A stretch of DNA of 64,000 bases, from assembly GCA_035691825.1 (NCBI GenBank), contig DASSIO010000060.1:52325-116324 (forward strand). The letters are read 5' to 3'. Below, piece after piece: positions 28,973 through 37,545 of the stretch. The translations under genes were made by a program, and so were the position numbers. The notes under the pieces were generated by a model, which ran no database searches, had not been told where the DNA came from, and saw nothing but the letters and a program-made list of their open reading frames with translations. Source of the DNA: Terriglobales bacterium. Its GTDB lineage: Bacteria > Acidobacteriota > Terriglobia > Terriglobales > Acidobacteriaceae. Position 1 is the first letter of the stretch; every line of letters starts with the position of its first letter.

Positions 28973-30031
28973 CTACTCAGGAATCAGGTTCAAGCCCTTC
29001 ACATCCCAGGCCAGCCGATGCACGGCATTGTTGGTGGCCAGAATGACCGAGCGGCCCGGGGCAAAGGCTAGTCCGACCAGATTCGGTCCGGCAATTTCGA
29101 GAGAAGCTTTGCCCTGAGGAGTGATTTTGACAATGCCGCGTTTGCCGCTCAAAGAAGCGGCGACGTAGAGGTTGCCCTCCGCATCGAAGGCGAGTCCTTG
29201 AGGCCGTCCCAATCCCCGATAAAACACCGACACGCTGCCCTGCGGATCAACCTTGTATACCGAGTCGAAGCTGGAAGTCGTCGGTCCAGTGATGAAAAGG
29301 TCGCCCTGAGGGCTGAATGCAAGATGGTACGCGGACACACTTGGCTCTAGTGTCGCGAACACAAAAATCTGCCGATCACGCGCTATCTTGAAGATCGTTC
29401 CACTACGATCCCCAACGTAAAGGTTTTCCTCGCGATCAAACGCGATGCCGGTTGCAACGCCCATACTTTCCGCATATGCCGACATGGAGCCATTCGGTGC
29501 CACACGGTATACGGCTCCGTCGTAACGGGACGACACATACATTTGACCCTGACGGTCGAACGCGATGGAGGTGGCGTTCATCATCTCCGCAAGAAATGGT
29601 TTGACGTTGTAGTTTGTATCAACCTTGAAGATTGCAACCGGAACCTTCTGCCCGCGAGAGCCGGAGAAAGTCACATAAATGTTGCCCTCCGCATCCAGCG
29701 CGGGATTGGTCACGGGATGCAAATCGTCGGCGATGGGAACGGCTATCTTTACTTCATGGGGATTGCTCACGTGATCGTTGGCAGAGACGACGACGGGGCC
29801 TGACGTCGCTCCCGGGGGAACTCTGGCGACAAGGAATTCGTCGGCGCTAATCAGGACTGAACCTTCGATCTCACCAAAGCGGACACGAGGCCGGTGGAGT
29901 TCAGGCGGGCGCAGTGCCTTGCCGCTGATTCGTACTTCGCCGCCGGGCATGGCAGCGCCGGGTTGCACGCTCTCGATGTGCGGCCGCCCATTCACGTTCT
30001 TTTTGCCCAAGAGACGCTCTGAAATCGCCAT
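28973..30031 (-). CDS. IPT/TIG domain plus NHL-repeat beta-propeller protein
   Basis: N-terminal Ig-like IPT segment (GGEVRISGKAL...ATSGPVVVS), then repeated G(I/L)AFD.EGNLYV NHL-type blades. Confidence 0.7.
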   Translation of the reverse strand: MAISERLLGKKNVNGRPHIESVQPGAAMPGGEVRISGKALRPPELHRPRVRFGEIEGSVLISADEFLVARVPPGATSGPVVVSANDHVSNPHEVKIAVPIADDLHPVTNPALDAEGNIYVTFSGSRGQKVPVAIFKVDTNYNVKPFLAEMMNATSIAFDRQGQMYVSSRYDGAVYRVAPNGSMSAYAESMGVATGIAFDREENLYVGDRSGTIFKIARDRQIFVFATLEPSVSAYHLAFSPQGDLFITGPTTSSFDSVYKVDPQGSVSVFYRGLGRPQGLAFDAEGNLYVAASLSGKRGIVKITPQGKASLEIAGPNLVGLAFAPGRSVILATNNAVHRLAWDVKGLNLIPE

Positions 30032-30075
30032 GGATTTGCTACTTAGATGCGTGAGCCCCAGGAAACGACCAGCGG

Positions 30076-30612
30076 CTATCTGCCAACAACGCCATAATGC
30101 AGGATCAACTGCATGATCAGGAGCGCATAGAGTCCGGCACCGATGTCGTCCAGCACGATCCCGGTTCCTTCGGGTAAACGCTCCAGTTGGCGAACTGGCG
30201 GCGGCTTGGTCGTGTCCAGTACTCGAAAAAGTATAAAACCGAGCAGAAGGGTTTTCCAGGAGACCGGAACCGCAATGAGCGTGATGAACTGACCAACAAC
30301 TTCATCAATAACCACGAATTGCGGGTCCTTAATTCCCGTTTCTCGCGCAACCCGGGTCGCGGCGGGGATGCCCACAACTGTGGCGAGTGTCGCCAGGCCC
30401 AGGGCAAATCCCGGTTGCCAGCCGGGCCGTATCCAGCGGGTAAGGACAAACCAGATCAAAACTGTTGCGGCTGATCCCCATGTGCCAGGGGCCAAAGGCA
30501 GTCTGCCCGCGCCGAAGAAGGTGGCTATCAACCACGCGCCCCGTCCAGCTAACGGCTGTTTTCGGGTCTCAACGTCTGTGCTCACCTGGAGACTGCCTCT
30601 TGAATTCATCAT
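30076..30612 (-). CDS. pgpA: Phosphatidylglycerophosphatase A
   Basis: GTWGS and DDIGAG motifs in a small membrane protein. Confidence 0.8.
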   Translation of the reverse strand: MMNSRGSLQVSTDVETRKQPLAGRGAWLIATFFGAGRLPLAPGTWGSAATVLIWFVLTRWIRPGWQPGFALGLATLATVVGIPAATRVARETGIKDPQFVVIDEVVGQFITLIAVPVSWKTLLLGFILFRVLDTTKPPPVRQLERLPEGTGIVLDDIGAGLYALLIMQLILHYGVVGR

Positions 30613-30634
30613 GCTTTACTTGCTGAGCGTAGGC

Positions 30635-30829
30635 TCAGTCTGGCTCAGGCTCTTCGGACGAAGCATCACTTGTATCCGACAATGGCGACGAGATGACATA
30701 TTGACCGCTGGCCCATTTTCCCAAATCAATCAGCCGGCACCGTGAACTGCAAAACGGAAATTCGGCGTCACTGCTGCCAACGATTTTCTTGCAGGTAGGA
30801 CAACGCAACTTTAACGCACGTTTTGCCAT
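30635..30829 (-). CDS. yacG: DNA gyrase inhibitor zinc-ribbon protein
   Basis: CPTC...FPFCSSRCRLIDLGKW. Confidence 0.8.
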   Translation of the reverse strand: MAKRALKLRCPTCKKIVGSSDAEFPFCSSRCRLIDLGKWASGQYVISSPLSDTSDASSEEPEPD

Positions 30830-30836
30830 GTTGCGC

Positions 30837-32318
30837 TTAGAGAATCTTTGCTACCACGTCGTAGTCCTGGGCCTCGGTAATTTGGCAGCGGTAGAACTCG
30901 CCGACGCGAGCTTCACAGCTCTCCGGCATATCATTGATGAGAACCTTGCCGTCTATGTCTGGCGCATGCATCGCAGTGCGGCCTTGCAGAAGCAGTTCCG
31001 TCTCTTCCGACGTGCCCTCGAGAAGCACGTCAAATTCCTTGCCGACCAGAGCGCGCTTAGCTTTTCTGCTGATCCGGCATTGGATACCCATGAGATGCTT
31101 ACGCCGGCGCTCGATTTCGCGGGCAGGCAGTTTCGGGTCGAGGGTAAAAGACGTTGAACCTTCTTCGTCCGAGTATGCAAAGGCGCCCATCCAGTCAAAG
31201 TGCGCCTCGCGAACGAAATCGCATAGCTCCATAAATTCCTGCTCAGTTTCTCCAGGGAAACCCACAATGAAGGAAGTTCGCAGCGTCAAACCAGGAACAG
31301 TGCGGCGCATCTTTTCGATGGACCTGAGAAATAGATCGGCGCTTCCACCGCGCTTCATGCGCTTCAGTACAGATGCCGAAGCGTGTTGCAGAGGAACATC
31401 GATATAGGAACAGATGTTCTCGTGAGCTGCGATTGTCTCCAACAACCGGCTTGTGATCTTGTTGGGATATGCGTAAAGAAAACGAATCCACTTCAGTTCG
31501 CGTATTGCTGCCAGTTTGTCCAATAGGAGAGCTAATCCATCTTTCAGACCCAGGTCTTCGCCATAGCAAGTCGTATCCTGCCCAATGAGCGTGATTTCGC
31601 GAACCCCGGATCGAGCCAAGCGCTCAGCTTCGGCAATTACGGATTCAAACCGGCGTGAGCGGAACTTCCCCCTGAGTTGGGGAATGATGCAGAAGCTGCA
31701 GGGGTGATCGCAGCCTTCGGCGATTTTAATGTAGGCAGAATACCCGGGCGTAGCCAGCACCCGCGGCGTATTTTCGTCATACAAATACTTCGGAAGGTCC
31801 GCGATGGCTCCATCCCACCTGTCGCGCGAAAAACGCCCCTGCGCATCTCGGGCGTCGGCCTCGGGCCGGGACTGCAAGATGACGAAAGGGGAATTGGACT
31901 TCGGCTCGGATGCGACTCCGGTCGCGCTCAGAATGCGATCGAGTTCGCCCGTGCCCACCACCGCATCGACTTCTGGAATGTTTTTCCGAATTTCGTCGCC
32001 ATAGCGTTCGACCAGGCAGCCTGCCACCACCAGCTTTTGAGCTCTGCCCGAGGCCTTCAGGCGAGCCATTTCAAGGATCGTGTCCACCGATTCGCGTTGT
32101 GCTCGGTCGATAAAGGAGCATGTATTCACGACAATGACATCGGCCTCATCGGCGCGCGTCGTTAGGACAGCGCCAGCCTGCGCCAACATACCCATCATCA
32201 CTTCGCTGTCAACCAGATTCTTAGGGCAGCCCAAGCTGATAAAGCCCACTTTCTTAGCTGGGGTGGCTGCGGGAGTGGAATGGGAACCTGAGGCTACTAT
32301 TGTGGATTTACCCGACAT
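30837..32318 (-). CDS. rimO: Ribosomal protein S12 methylthiotransferase
   Basis: MTTase N-domain ISLGCPKNLVDSE, radical-SAM CDHPCSFC and a C-terminal TRAM domain. Confidence 0.9.
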   Translation of the reverse strand: MSGKSTIVASGSHSTPAATPAKKVGFISLGCPKNLVDSEVMMGMLAQAGAVLTTRADEADVIVVNTCSFIDRAQRESVDTILEMARLKASGRAQKLVVAGCLVERYGDEIRKNIPEVDAVVGTGELDRILSATGVASEPKSNSPFVILQSRPEADARDAQGRFSRDRWDGAIADLPKYLYDENTPRVLATPGYSAYIKIAEGCDHPCSFCIIPQLRGKFRSRRFESVIAEAERLARSGVREITLIGQDTTCYGEDLGLKDGLALLLDKLAAIRELKWIRFLYAYPNKITSRLLETIAAHENICSYIDVPLQHASASVLKRMKRGGSADLFLRSIEKMRRTVPGLTLRTSFIVGFPGETEQEFMELCDFVREAHFDWMGAFAYSDEEGSTSFTLDPKLPAREIERRRKHLMGIQCRISRKAKRALVGKEFDVLLEGTSEETELLLQGRTAMHAPDIDGKVLINDMPESCEARVGEFYRCQITEAQDYDVVAKIL

Positions 32319-32482
32319 GCAATCTCAATATTCTAGCATCGCGGCACGCCATCGCCCTGCATGCGGCGCCTGCCCGGACCGGGACCAAAGAAGGTAGCAG
32401 CGCGTTACCCGGGAAGAAGGTAGCGCATGTTACCCTACGCTCAGCTTTCCTATCCAGCAGCCGCTTCGCGGCCGGAGGAGAG

Positions 32483-33112
32483 ATGTTGGCACACAAGTGG
32501 TGGGCCGCCGTCTTCGTGCTCTTAATCTTGATAACGGCGGCGATGGCGCAGAAAAAAAATGAGCTGGCCGGCGGCATAGGGCGAACGTTCATTCCTGATC
32601 AGGGCATCAAGCCAGGACCGATTCCGCTCATCAACAATGTCGTTCGCTCCGGCAAAGGCTTTAGCTTCGAAATTAACTATGCCCGGCATTTGCTGAACAA
32701 TGGTTTTTTCGCGCTCGATGCTGAGGTGCCATTCGTCGGCAATCCAGACGAGGACTTAGGCTCGGGAAATGGCGCCGTGCCCAGCACGTATTCTTCGTAT
32801 TTTGTGACCCCGGCGGCTCGGGTGAGGTTCTTCGCCGAAAACGCTTTGGAACCCTGGGTGAGCCTGGGTGGAGGCTATGGCCATTGGACCTTCAGTCGAA
32901 CCCAGGTTTTCGGTGGCGTCAACCCTGGACCTACGACGAAGAATGGTGGACTGCTGCAGGGAGGAGCCGGACTTGATGTGCGATGGACAAAATTTGGTAT
33001 CCGCCTGGCTGCTCGAGACTTCTATTCGGGTGAATTGCCGCTGAATGTCAACACGGGCAAAAGTCATCAGCACAACATCGTTGTTACCGGTGGAATTCTC
33101 TGGAATTTTTGA
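32483..33112 (+). CDS. Outer-membrane beta-barrel protein (small, OmpW/OmpA-barrel-like)
   Basis: GGAGGAG RBS before ATG 32483, signal peptide ending AAMAQ, alternating beta pattern and C-terminal ILWNF. The track's longer ORF (from 32300) would overlap the rimO start. Confidence 0.55.
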   Translation: MLAHKWWAAVFVLLILITAAMAQKKNELAGGIGRTFIPDQGIKPGPIPLINNVVRSGKGFSFEINYARHLLNNGFFALDAEVPFVGNPDEDLGSGNGAVPSTYSSYFVTPAARVRFFAENALEPWVSLGGGYGHWTFSRTQVFGGVNPGPTTKNGGLLQGGAGLDVRWTKFGIRLAARDFYSGELPLNVNTGKSHQHNIVVTGGILWNF

Positions 33113-33130
33113 CCGCCACCTTGGGCTACC

Positions 33131-35302
33131 TCAACGCCGCGAGCTGATTTCGTCGTACAACTCGGGCAGTCGTTGTGCCTCGTCCGCAGAGTTTCCGAAA
33201 CGAGCTTTCTCGTAGCTGCTGGTGAAGCGCTCGACCGAAAGCTGTACTTCTGAATCCTCGATCGTTGCCGCGAACTCTGCCGGCGTTTGAGTTTCCGCTT
33301 TGCGCCAACCGCGCCGGGCCAGCATTCGGATCATCCGTTGATACCAGATGCTTGCCGCCAGTTGCGGCGCGCGGGCGGGATGTTGCGCGAGTCTACGAGT
33401 TCGAATGGCGGAGCTTATCGCTTTGAAATTAATGGCCAGCAGGAGCATTAGAAGTGCTGCAATCGCACCTGCCGTCCACCGCCCTGGCGCGTGCACCATG
33501 CGGCGGCGCATTCGGCGGGCGGCAATGAGCAATGCATCATAGTGCTGGTGGTTCCATTCGCGAATGCGGTCAAATATCTGACGGCCTGACGTCGTAGCCT
33601 CGTGTCCCAGCGTCTGCTGGTGGTGAAAGTCATAGTTGATGACCCATTCCCGCCAGAAAGAGGAGGCTGCATCAAGGTAAAGCGAGAACCGGCCCAGCGT
33701 TCCATAGGACGCGAAACCATCGCCCGGTGTCGGGTCGAACCCGATCCAGCCATAGCCCGGAAAATACGCTTCCACCCAGGAGTGAGCATTGCGCATACGG
33801 ACCAGGTATTGCGACGTGATGTCATTGAACTCACCGGTTCGAAAGCCGTTCACCACGCGGGACGGAATCCCTAAAACTCGCAACATCACGGCCATGGATG
33901 AGGCGAAATATTCGCAATGGCCCTGTCTGCGTTCGAAAAGGAAGTACGCCAGCGGATCTTTCGGCACCGTAGTACCGAGCTGCAGGGTGTAACCGTACCT
34001 GCTGCGCAGGTAGCTTTCAATCGCGACCGAGCGGTCGTAATCGTTGGTAGTGGATGCAGTGATCTGCCGCGCCAGATCCGCGATTCGAGGATCAAGCGGT
34101 GGTAGCTGCAGGTATTTTCTGTTCAATAGCGAGGGGGGGCTGTGGTACGCAGATCGGAGTTCCTCAGGAGCGGTTTGTTGAAGATCGGAATCTGCCTCGT
34201 ACAGACCGGGCGGATGGTTGCGGTCTAGGTCGTAAACTGCGCCTCCGTCATCCGTCGTGAGAATACTGTAAGCACCTTCTATCGTTTGCGTCCGCGGCGC
34301 CAGGAACATGACATTTGTGCCGAGCGCTTCGAGCAAGACCCGGTATCGCAGCTTGTTGGTACTCGTTGCTGATCCCGAAGCATTGAGGTCTTCCGGTCGC
34401 GGCACTATAAAGCGGCCATCGGGCAGGCGCGGAAGAAGGGTCTGCCGGTCATTATTGGACCAACTAGTGCCGTCAAAGTTGTTCAACGCCACACCACGCC
34501 ATAGCAGATCGGGATGCCGCCCACTCTTGTCGCCCTCGATTGCGACGTGCATAACTACGGCGTTCGACTGCTGGATTTGACCAATTCGTCCAAGGTCGAC
34601 GCGATCGCTGAAGCCGGTCGTCAGTTGGCCCGCTGGTGCATAGGCGCTGAGATAGCCAGCTGAAATGCGTGGCAGCAGGAAAAAGATGACCAGGGCTAGC
34701 ACCAAGATCGAACACACGAGAACCGGTGTCAGTCCGCCGAGGGATTTGCCGAGTTGTTCAGCGGAACCATTGTTGTCTGAGGCAAAGACAGTGGCGCTCG
34801 CCCCTGAGCGGCGGATCTCCATCATTATGAAAGTTGCTGCGGCACACAACAGATACGCGGCAAAGCCGATCAGGAAAGCGCTATCCACCGTTAGAACCGA
34901 CGCGGCCAGGATCAGCAGAAAAGAAAGAATCGCCAGGAAAACAAAATCCCGGTTGCGGTATGCCGAGAACAAGCGCACGACCATGAGCGCCAGGACGAGG
35001 TGTACGGTGGCCGCGACAAACGCTCCCGAAATCCAAAAGCAGTCGACGAAATACCAGATCGCAAATACCAGGGTCAGATACTTGGTCCATCGCTCGGCAA
35101 TCAGAAAGGTTTTTCGGGCAGCTAAAAAATATCCCCGGACGGTCAGCGCTCCGATCATCAACAGCACAGTAATGGGGTCTAGTTGACCGGTCTGGGCGAG
35201 TGTCCCAAAACCGCTTAGCACCATCAAGTAGAGCATTACTTCGAAATAGCGCTCCACGGCGGCGCGTACGGAGCTGCCTTCCGCTTTGCTCTGAGCCTGC
35301 AT
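33131..35302 (-). CDS. Transglutaminase-domain membrane protein (TgpA-like)
   Basis: N-terminal multi-TM region, transglutaminase core GHCEYFASSMAVMLR with downstream H/D, one more TM helix and a helical tail. Confidence 0.85.
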   Translation of the reverse strand: MQAQSKAEGSSVRAAVERYFEVMLYLMVLSGFGTLAQTGQLDPITVLLMIGALTVRGYFLAARKTFLIAERWTKYLTLVFAIWYFVDCFWISGAFVAATVHLVLALMVVRLFSAYRNRDFVFLAILSFLLILAASVLTVDSAFLIGFAAYLLCAAATFIMMEIRRSGASATVFASDNNGSAEQLGKSLGGLTPVLVCSILVLALVIFFLLPRISAGYLSAYAPAGQLTTGFSDRVDLGRIGQIQQSNAVVMHVAIEGDKSGRHPDLLWRGVALNNFDGTSWSNNDRQTLLPRLPDGRFIVPRPEDLNASGSATSTNKLRYRVLLEALGTNVMFLAPRTQTIEGAYSILTTDDGGAVYDLDRNHPPGLYEADSDLQQTAPEELRSAYHSPPSLLNRKYLQLPPLDPRIADLARQITASTTNDYDRSVAIESYLRSRYGYTLQLGTTVPKDPLAYFLFERRQGHCEYFASSMAVMLRVLGIPSRVVNGFRTGEFNDITSQYLVRMRNAHSWVEAYFPGYGWIGFDPTPGDGFASYGTLGRFSLYLDAASSFWREWVINYDFHHQQTLGHEATTSGRQIFDRIREWNHQHYDALLIAARRMRRRMVHAPGRWTAGAIAALLMLLLAINFKAISSAIRTRRLAQHPARAPQLAASIWYQRMIRMLARRGWRKAETQTPAEFAATIEDSEVQLSVERFTSSYEKARFGNSADEAQRLPELYDEISSRR

Positions 35303-35398
35303 CTATCCTCTATTCTTCGCGAATTGTGGGTTTTAGCAAAGTGAATCCGTTGCGCCTACGAACCGGAGGTCACAACAGTTTGTTAGAATCGAAGCGGT

Positions 35399-35499
35399 CA
35401 GGCATCGGCCCCGCGCGACGCATTCCCGCCAACCCCGCCAGGTCCGGAAGGAAGCAACGGTAACGGGCTCTTGCGTGTGCAGTGGGTTCCCGGTGCCTG
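35399..35499 (+). ncRNA. ffs: Small bacterial SRP RNA (4.5S-type)
   Basis: Contains CCAGGTCCGGAAGGAAGCAACGG, matching the conserved domain-IV sequence of E. coli 4.5S RNA (GGUCCGGAAGGAAGCAGC). The ends pair as CAGGCAUCGG / CCGGUGCCUG (10 bp, one G-U). Confidence 0.75.
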
Positions 35500-35561
35500 G
35501 CTTAATTGTTTTGCTGACCGCTTCCGTTCTCCTTTTCCCTTATTTGGCGGCCTTACGCGCT

Positions 35562-36047
35562 GTGGACTCTCCTGAACCGGGAACCTTGGGCATTGAATCA
35601 AAATCGAGCGATTCTTCGGCGTCAGGCGCTGGGGAGCCGAGTCCAGAGGCCGAAAAGTTCTATTCTGCGGCGCTGGACCGCATCCGCTGGTTCATGATCG
35701 GAATCGCCATTCTACTCACTATTGCTGCCTCGATCCGCTATGGATTGCGAAGCGCTCTGGGATTCGCGATCGGCTGCGCCGTCGCTTACCTAAATCTCCA
35801 TTGGCTAAAGCGCGTGGTGAACGCTATGGCGGATCGAATAACGCAGACCGGATCCAAGGAATCAGGCAAGGGGATCGTCTTCCAATTTCTATTCCGTTAC
35901 TTTTTGATGGGGTTAGCGGCCTATGTTATATTGAGTGTTTCTCCCGCGAGTCTCTATGGGCTTTTGGCCGGCCTGTTCCTGCCCGTGGCGGCTATCGCGT
36001 GCGAAGCCGGTTACGAAGTTTACGTAGCCGTGGCACGTGGTTGGTGA
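35562..36047 (+). CDS. atpI: ATP synthase subunit I-like small membrane protein
   Basis: Hydrophobic hairpins directly upstream of atpB. The longest ORF (from 35475) begins inside the SRP RNA, so I suggest an in-frame GTG 35562 or TTG 35586 start. The start is uncertain. Confidence 0.5.
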   Translation: MDSPEPGTLGIESKSSDSSASGAGEPSPEAEKFYSAALDRIRWFMIGIAILLTIAASIRYGLRSALGFAIGCAVAYLNLHWLKRVVNAMADRITQTGSKESGKGIVFQFLFRYFLMGLAAYVILSVSPASLYGLLAGLFLPVAAIACEAGYEVYVAVARGW

Positions 36048-36103
36048 GCGGATTCCCAATACAGAAGACCATCAGTTAAGGATCAGTAGCCAGAAGCTTA
36101 TCT

Positions 36104-36838
36104 ATGCCTGAACAACTCTGGGTTACCGAACTGCTGAATCACGCGTTGGCTGGGCCTGTGGATGGTCTGCTCAGGGCTTTTGGCATTCTACCCAAGTACC
36201 CGCAGGCGCCGATCACCAATGCAGTCGCAATGCAGATCGTGGTATTCGCATTTCTGGTGATCGTGTTTGCACTGGTGCGCTCACGGCTTTCGGTGGACAA
36301 TCCCGGCGCCCTGCAACACATTTTCGAAGGCGTGCACGGATTTATTAACGGACAAAGCGAAGAAATCATCGGCCATCACAGTTCGCAGTACACGCCGTAT
36401 TTGGCAGCGCTTGGATATTTTATTCTGATCAGCAATCTTCTGGGGCTGATTCCAGGATTTGAATCGCCCACGGGCGCCAGCCCGACCGTGCCGTTAGGGT
36501 GCGCGGTGCTGTCGTTCTTGTACTACCACGCTCAGGGATTCAAGCATTCCGGTATCAAGTATTTGAAGCATTTTGCTGGCCCGATGCCCCTGCTGGCACC
36601 GCTGATGATTCCCATCGAGACGATAAGCCATCTGGCCCGCATGCTGTCCCTCACCATTCGTCTTTATGCCAACATGTTCGCGGGCGACATGGTGACACTG
36701 GTGTTTTTCTCGTTGGTCCCCATCGGCATTCCGATTTTGTTCTTGGGATTGCATATCGGCGTTTCCTTCCTGCAAACCTACATTTTTGTACTGCTGGTGA
36801 CGGTTTATCTGCAGGGAGCGGTGGCGACAGAGCATTGA
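36104..36838 (+). CDS. atpB: F0F1 ATP synthase subunit a
   Basis: Five to six TM helices with the stator-Arg motif LSLTIRLYANMFAGD. Confidence 0.9.
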   Translation: MPEQLWVTELLNHALAGPVDGLLRAFGILPKYPQAPITNAVAMQIVVFAFLVIVFALVRSRLSVDNPGALQHIFEGVHGFINGQSEEIIGHHSSQYTPYLAALGYFILISNLLGLIPGFESPTGASPTVPLGCAVLSFLYYHAQGFKHSGIKYLKHFAGPMPLLAPLMIPIETISHLARMLSLTIRLYANMFAGDMVTLVFFSLVPIGIPILFLGLHIGVSFLQTYIFVLLVTVYLQGAVATEH

Positions 36839-36842
36839 TACT

Positions 36843-36985
36843 GTTCTCAGTTGTCGGTTCTCAGTTCTCGGACAGTAAGAAGCTAATAGCTGCTGGTTTG
36901 TTCGAGACTACATCGCGAGCTGCAGTGCACGATTACGTAGGACTGGGAAGGGAAAACTGAGAACCGAGAACTGACCACTAAGAAC
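36843..36985. repeat. Long imperfect inverted repeat built from GAACYRR heptamers in the atpB-atpE spacer
   Basis: Arm 36843-36871 (GTTCTCAGTTGTCGGTTCTCAGTTCTCGG) against arm 36957-36985 (CTGAGAACCGAGAACTGACCACTAAGAAC). 24/29 are complementary, or 26/29 counting G-U. The loop is about 85 nt. Confidence 0.6.
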
Positions 36986-37072
36986 TGGGTTTTGCCCGCC
37001 AGCGTGAGGGCGTCTGCACGAGGATGACGTCAACCACCCACTGACGGCAATTTGATCGAGGAGGAGAACAGG

Positions 37073-37381
37073 ATGCGTACATTAAGTTATATCTTCATGG
37101 CAATGTCGGCGATGTGCTTTGCTGTACCGGCATTTGCACAGGGCGGAGCGGAAGCCGCAGCCGCCACCAACTGGGTAGCCATCACAGCCGGATTCTCGAT
37201 GGCAATTGCGTCCGCGGTTTGTGGACTGGCGCAAGCCAAGGCAACCGCCGCAGCGGCCGAGGGATTAGCGCGCAATCCAGCCGCGCGTCCCGGGATTCAG
37301 TTGGCGCTGATTCTCGGCCTGGCGCTGATCGAGTCGCTAGCTCTGTACACCCTGGTGATCATTTTCGCTAAAGTGAAGTGA
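37073..37381 (+). CDS. atpE: F0F1 ATP synthase subunit c with N-terminal signal-peptide-like extension
   Basis: GAGGAGGAG RBS before ATG 37073, loop GLARNPAARP and carboxylate in LIESLALY. About 25 extra N-terminal residues (MRTLSYIFMAMSAMCFAVPAFAQ). Confidence 0.9.
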   Translation: MRTLSYIFMAMSAMCFAVPAFAQGGAEAAAATNWVAITAGFSMAIASAVCGLAQAKATAAAAEGLARNPAARPGIQLALILGLALIESLALYTLVIIFAKVK

Positions 37382-37400
37382 ACGGTGTTTGATGCGCAGT

Positions 37401-37434
37401 GAGCCTCCGCAGAAGCGGGGGCTCTTTCTTTTCC
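37401..37434 (+). terminator. Intrinsic terminator after atpE
   Basis: GAGCCTCCGC-AGAA-GCGGGGGCTC (10-bp stem, one G-U) followed by TTTCTTTTCC. Confidence 0.6.
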
Positions 37435-37545
37435 GAGATTGCACGAGTCCGCGTGGACGGAACGGTTCGGAAGACTCGTCGCGCTACGGGAGGAAAACTG
37501 GGGAAATCAATTGCTGGAGAATAAAGGCGTTGCTAACCGAAGAGA

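Noticed and set aside
32300-32482. The 5' extension of the outer-membrane protein ORF.
   Set aside because: It would overlap the rimO start on the other strand and has no signal peptide. ATG 32483 has a strong RBS and is followed directly by a signal peptide.
35475-35561. ATG 35475 as the start of the atpI-like gene.
   Set aside because: It lies inside the 3' half of the predicted SRP RNA, so a downstream GTG or TTG start is more plausible.
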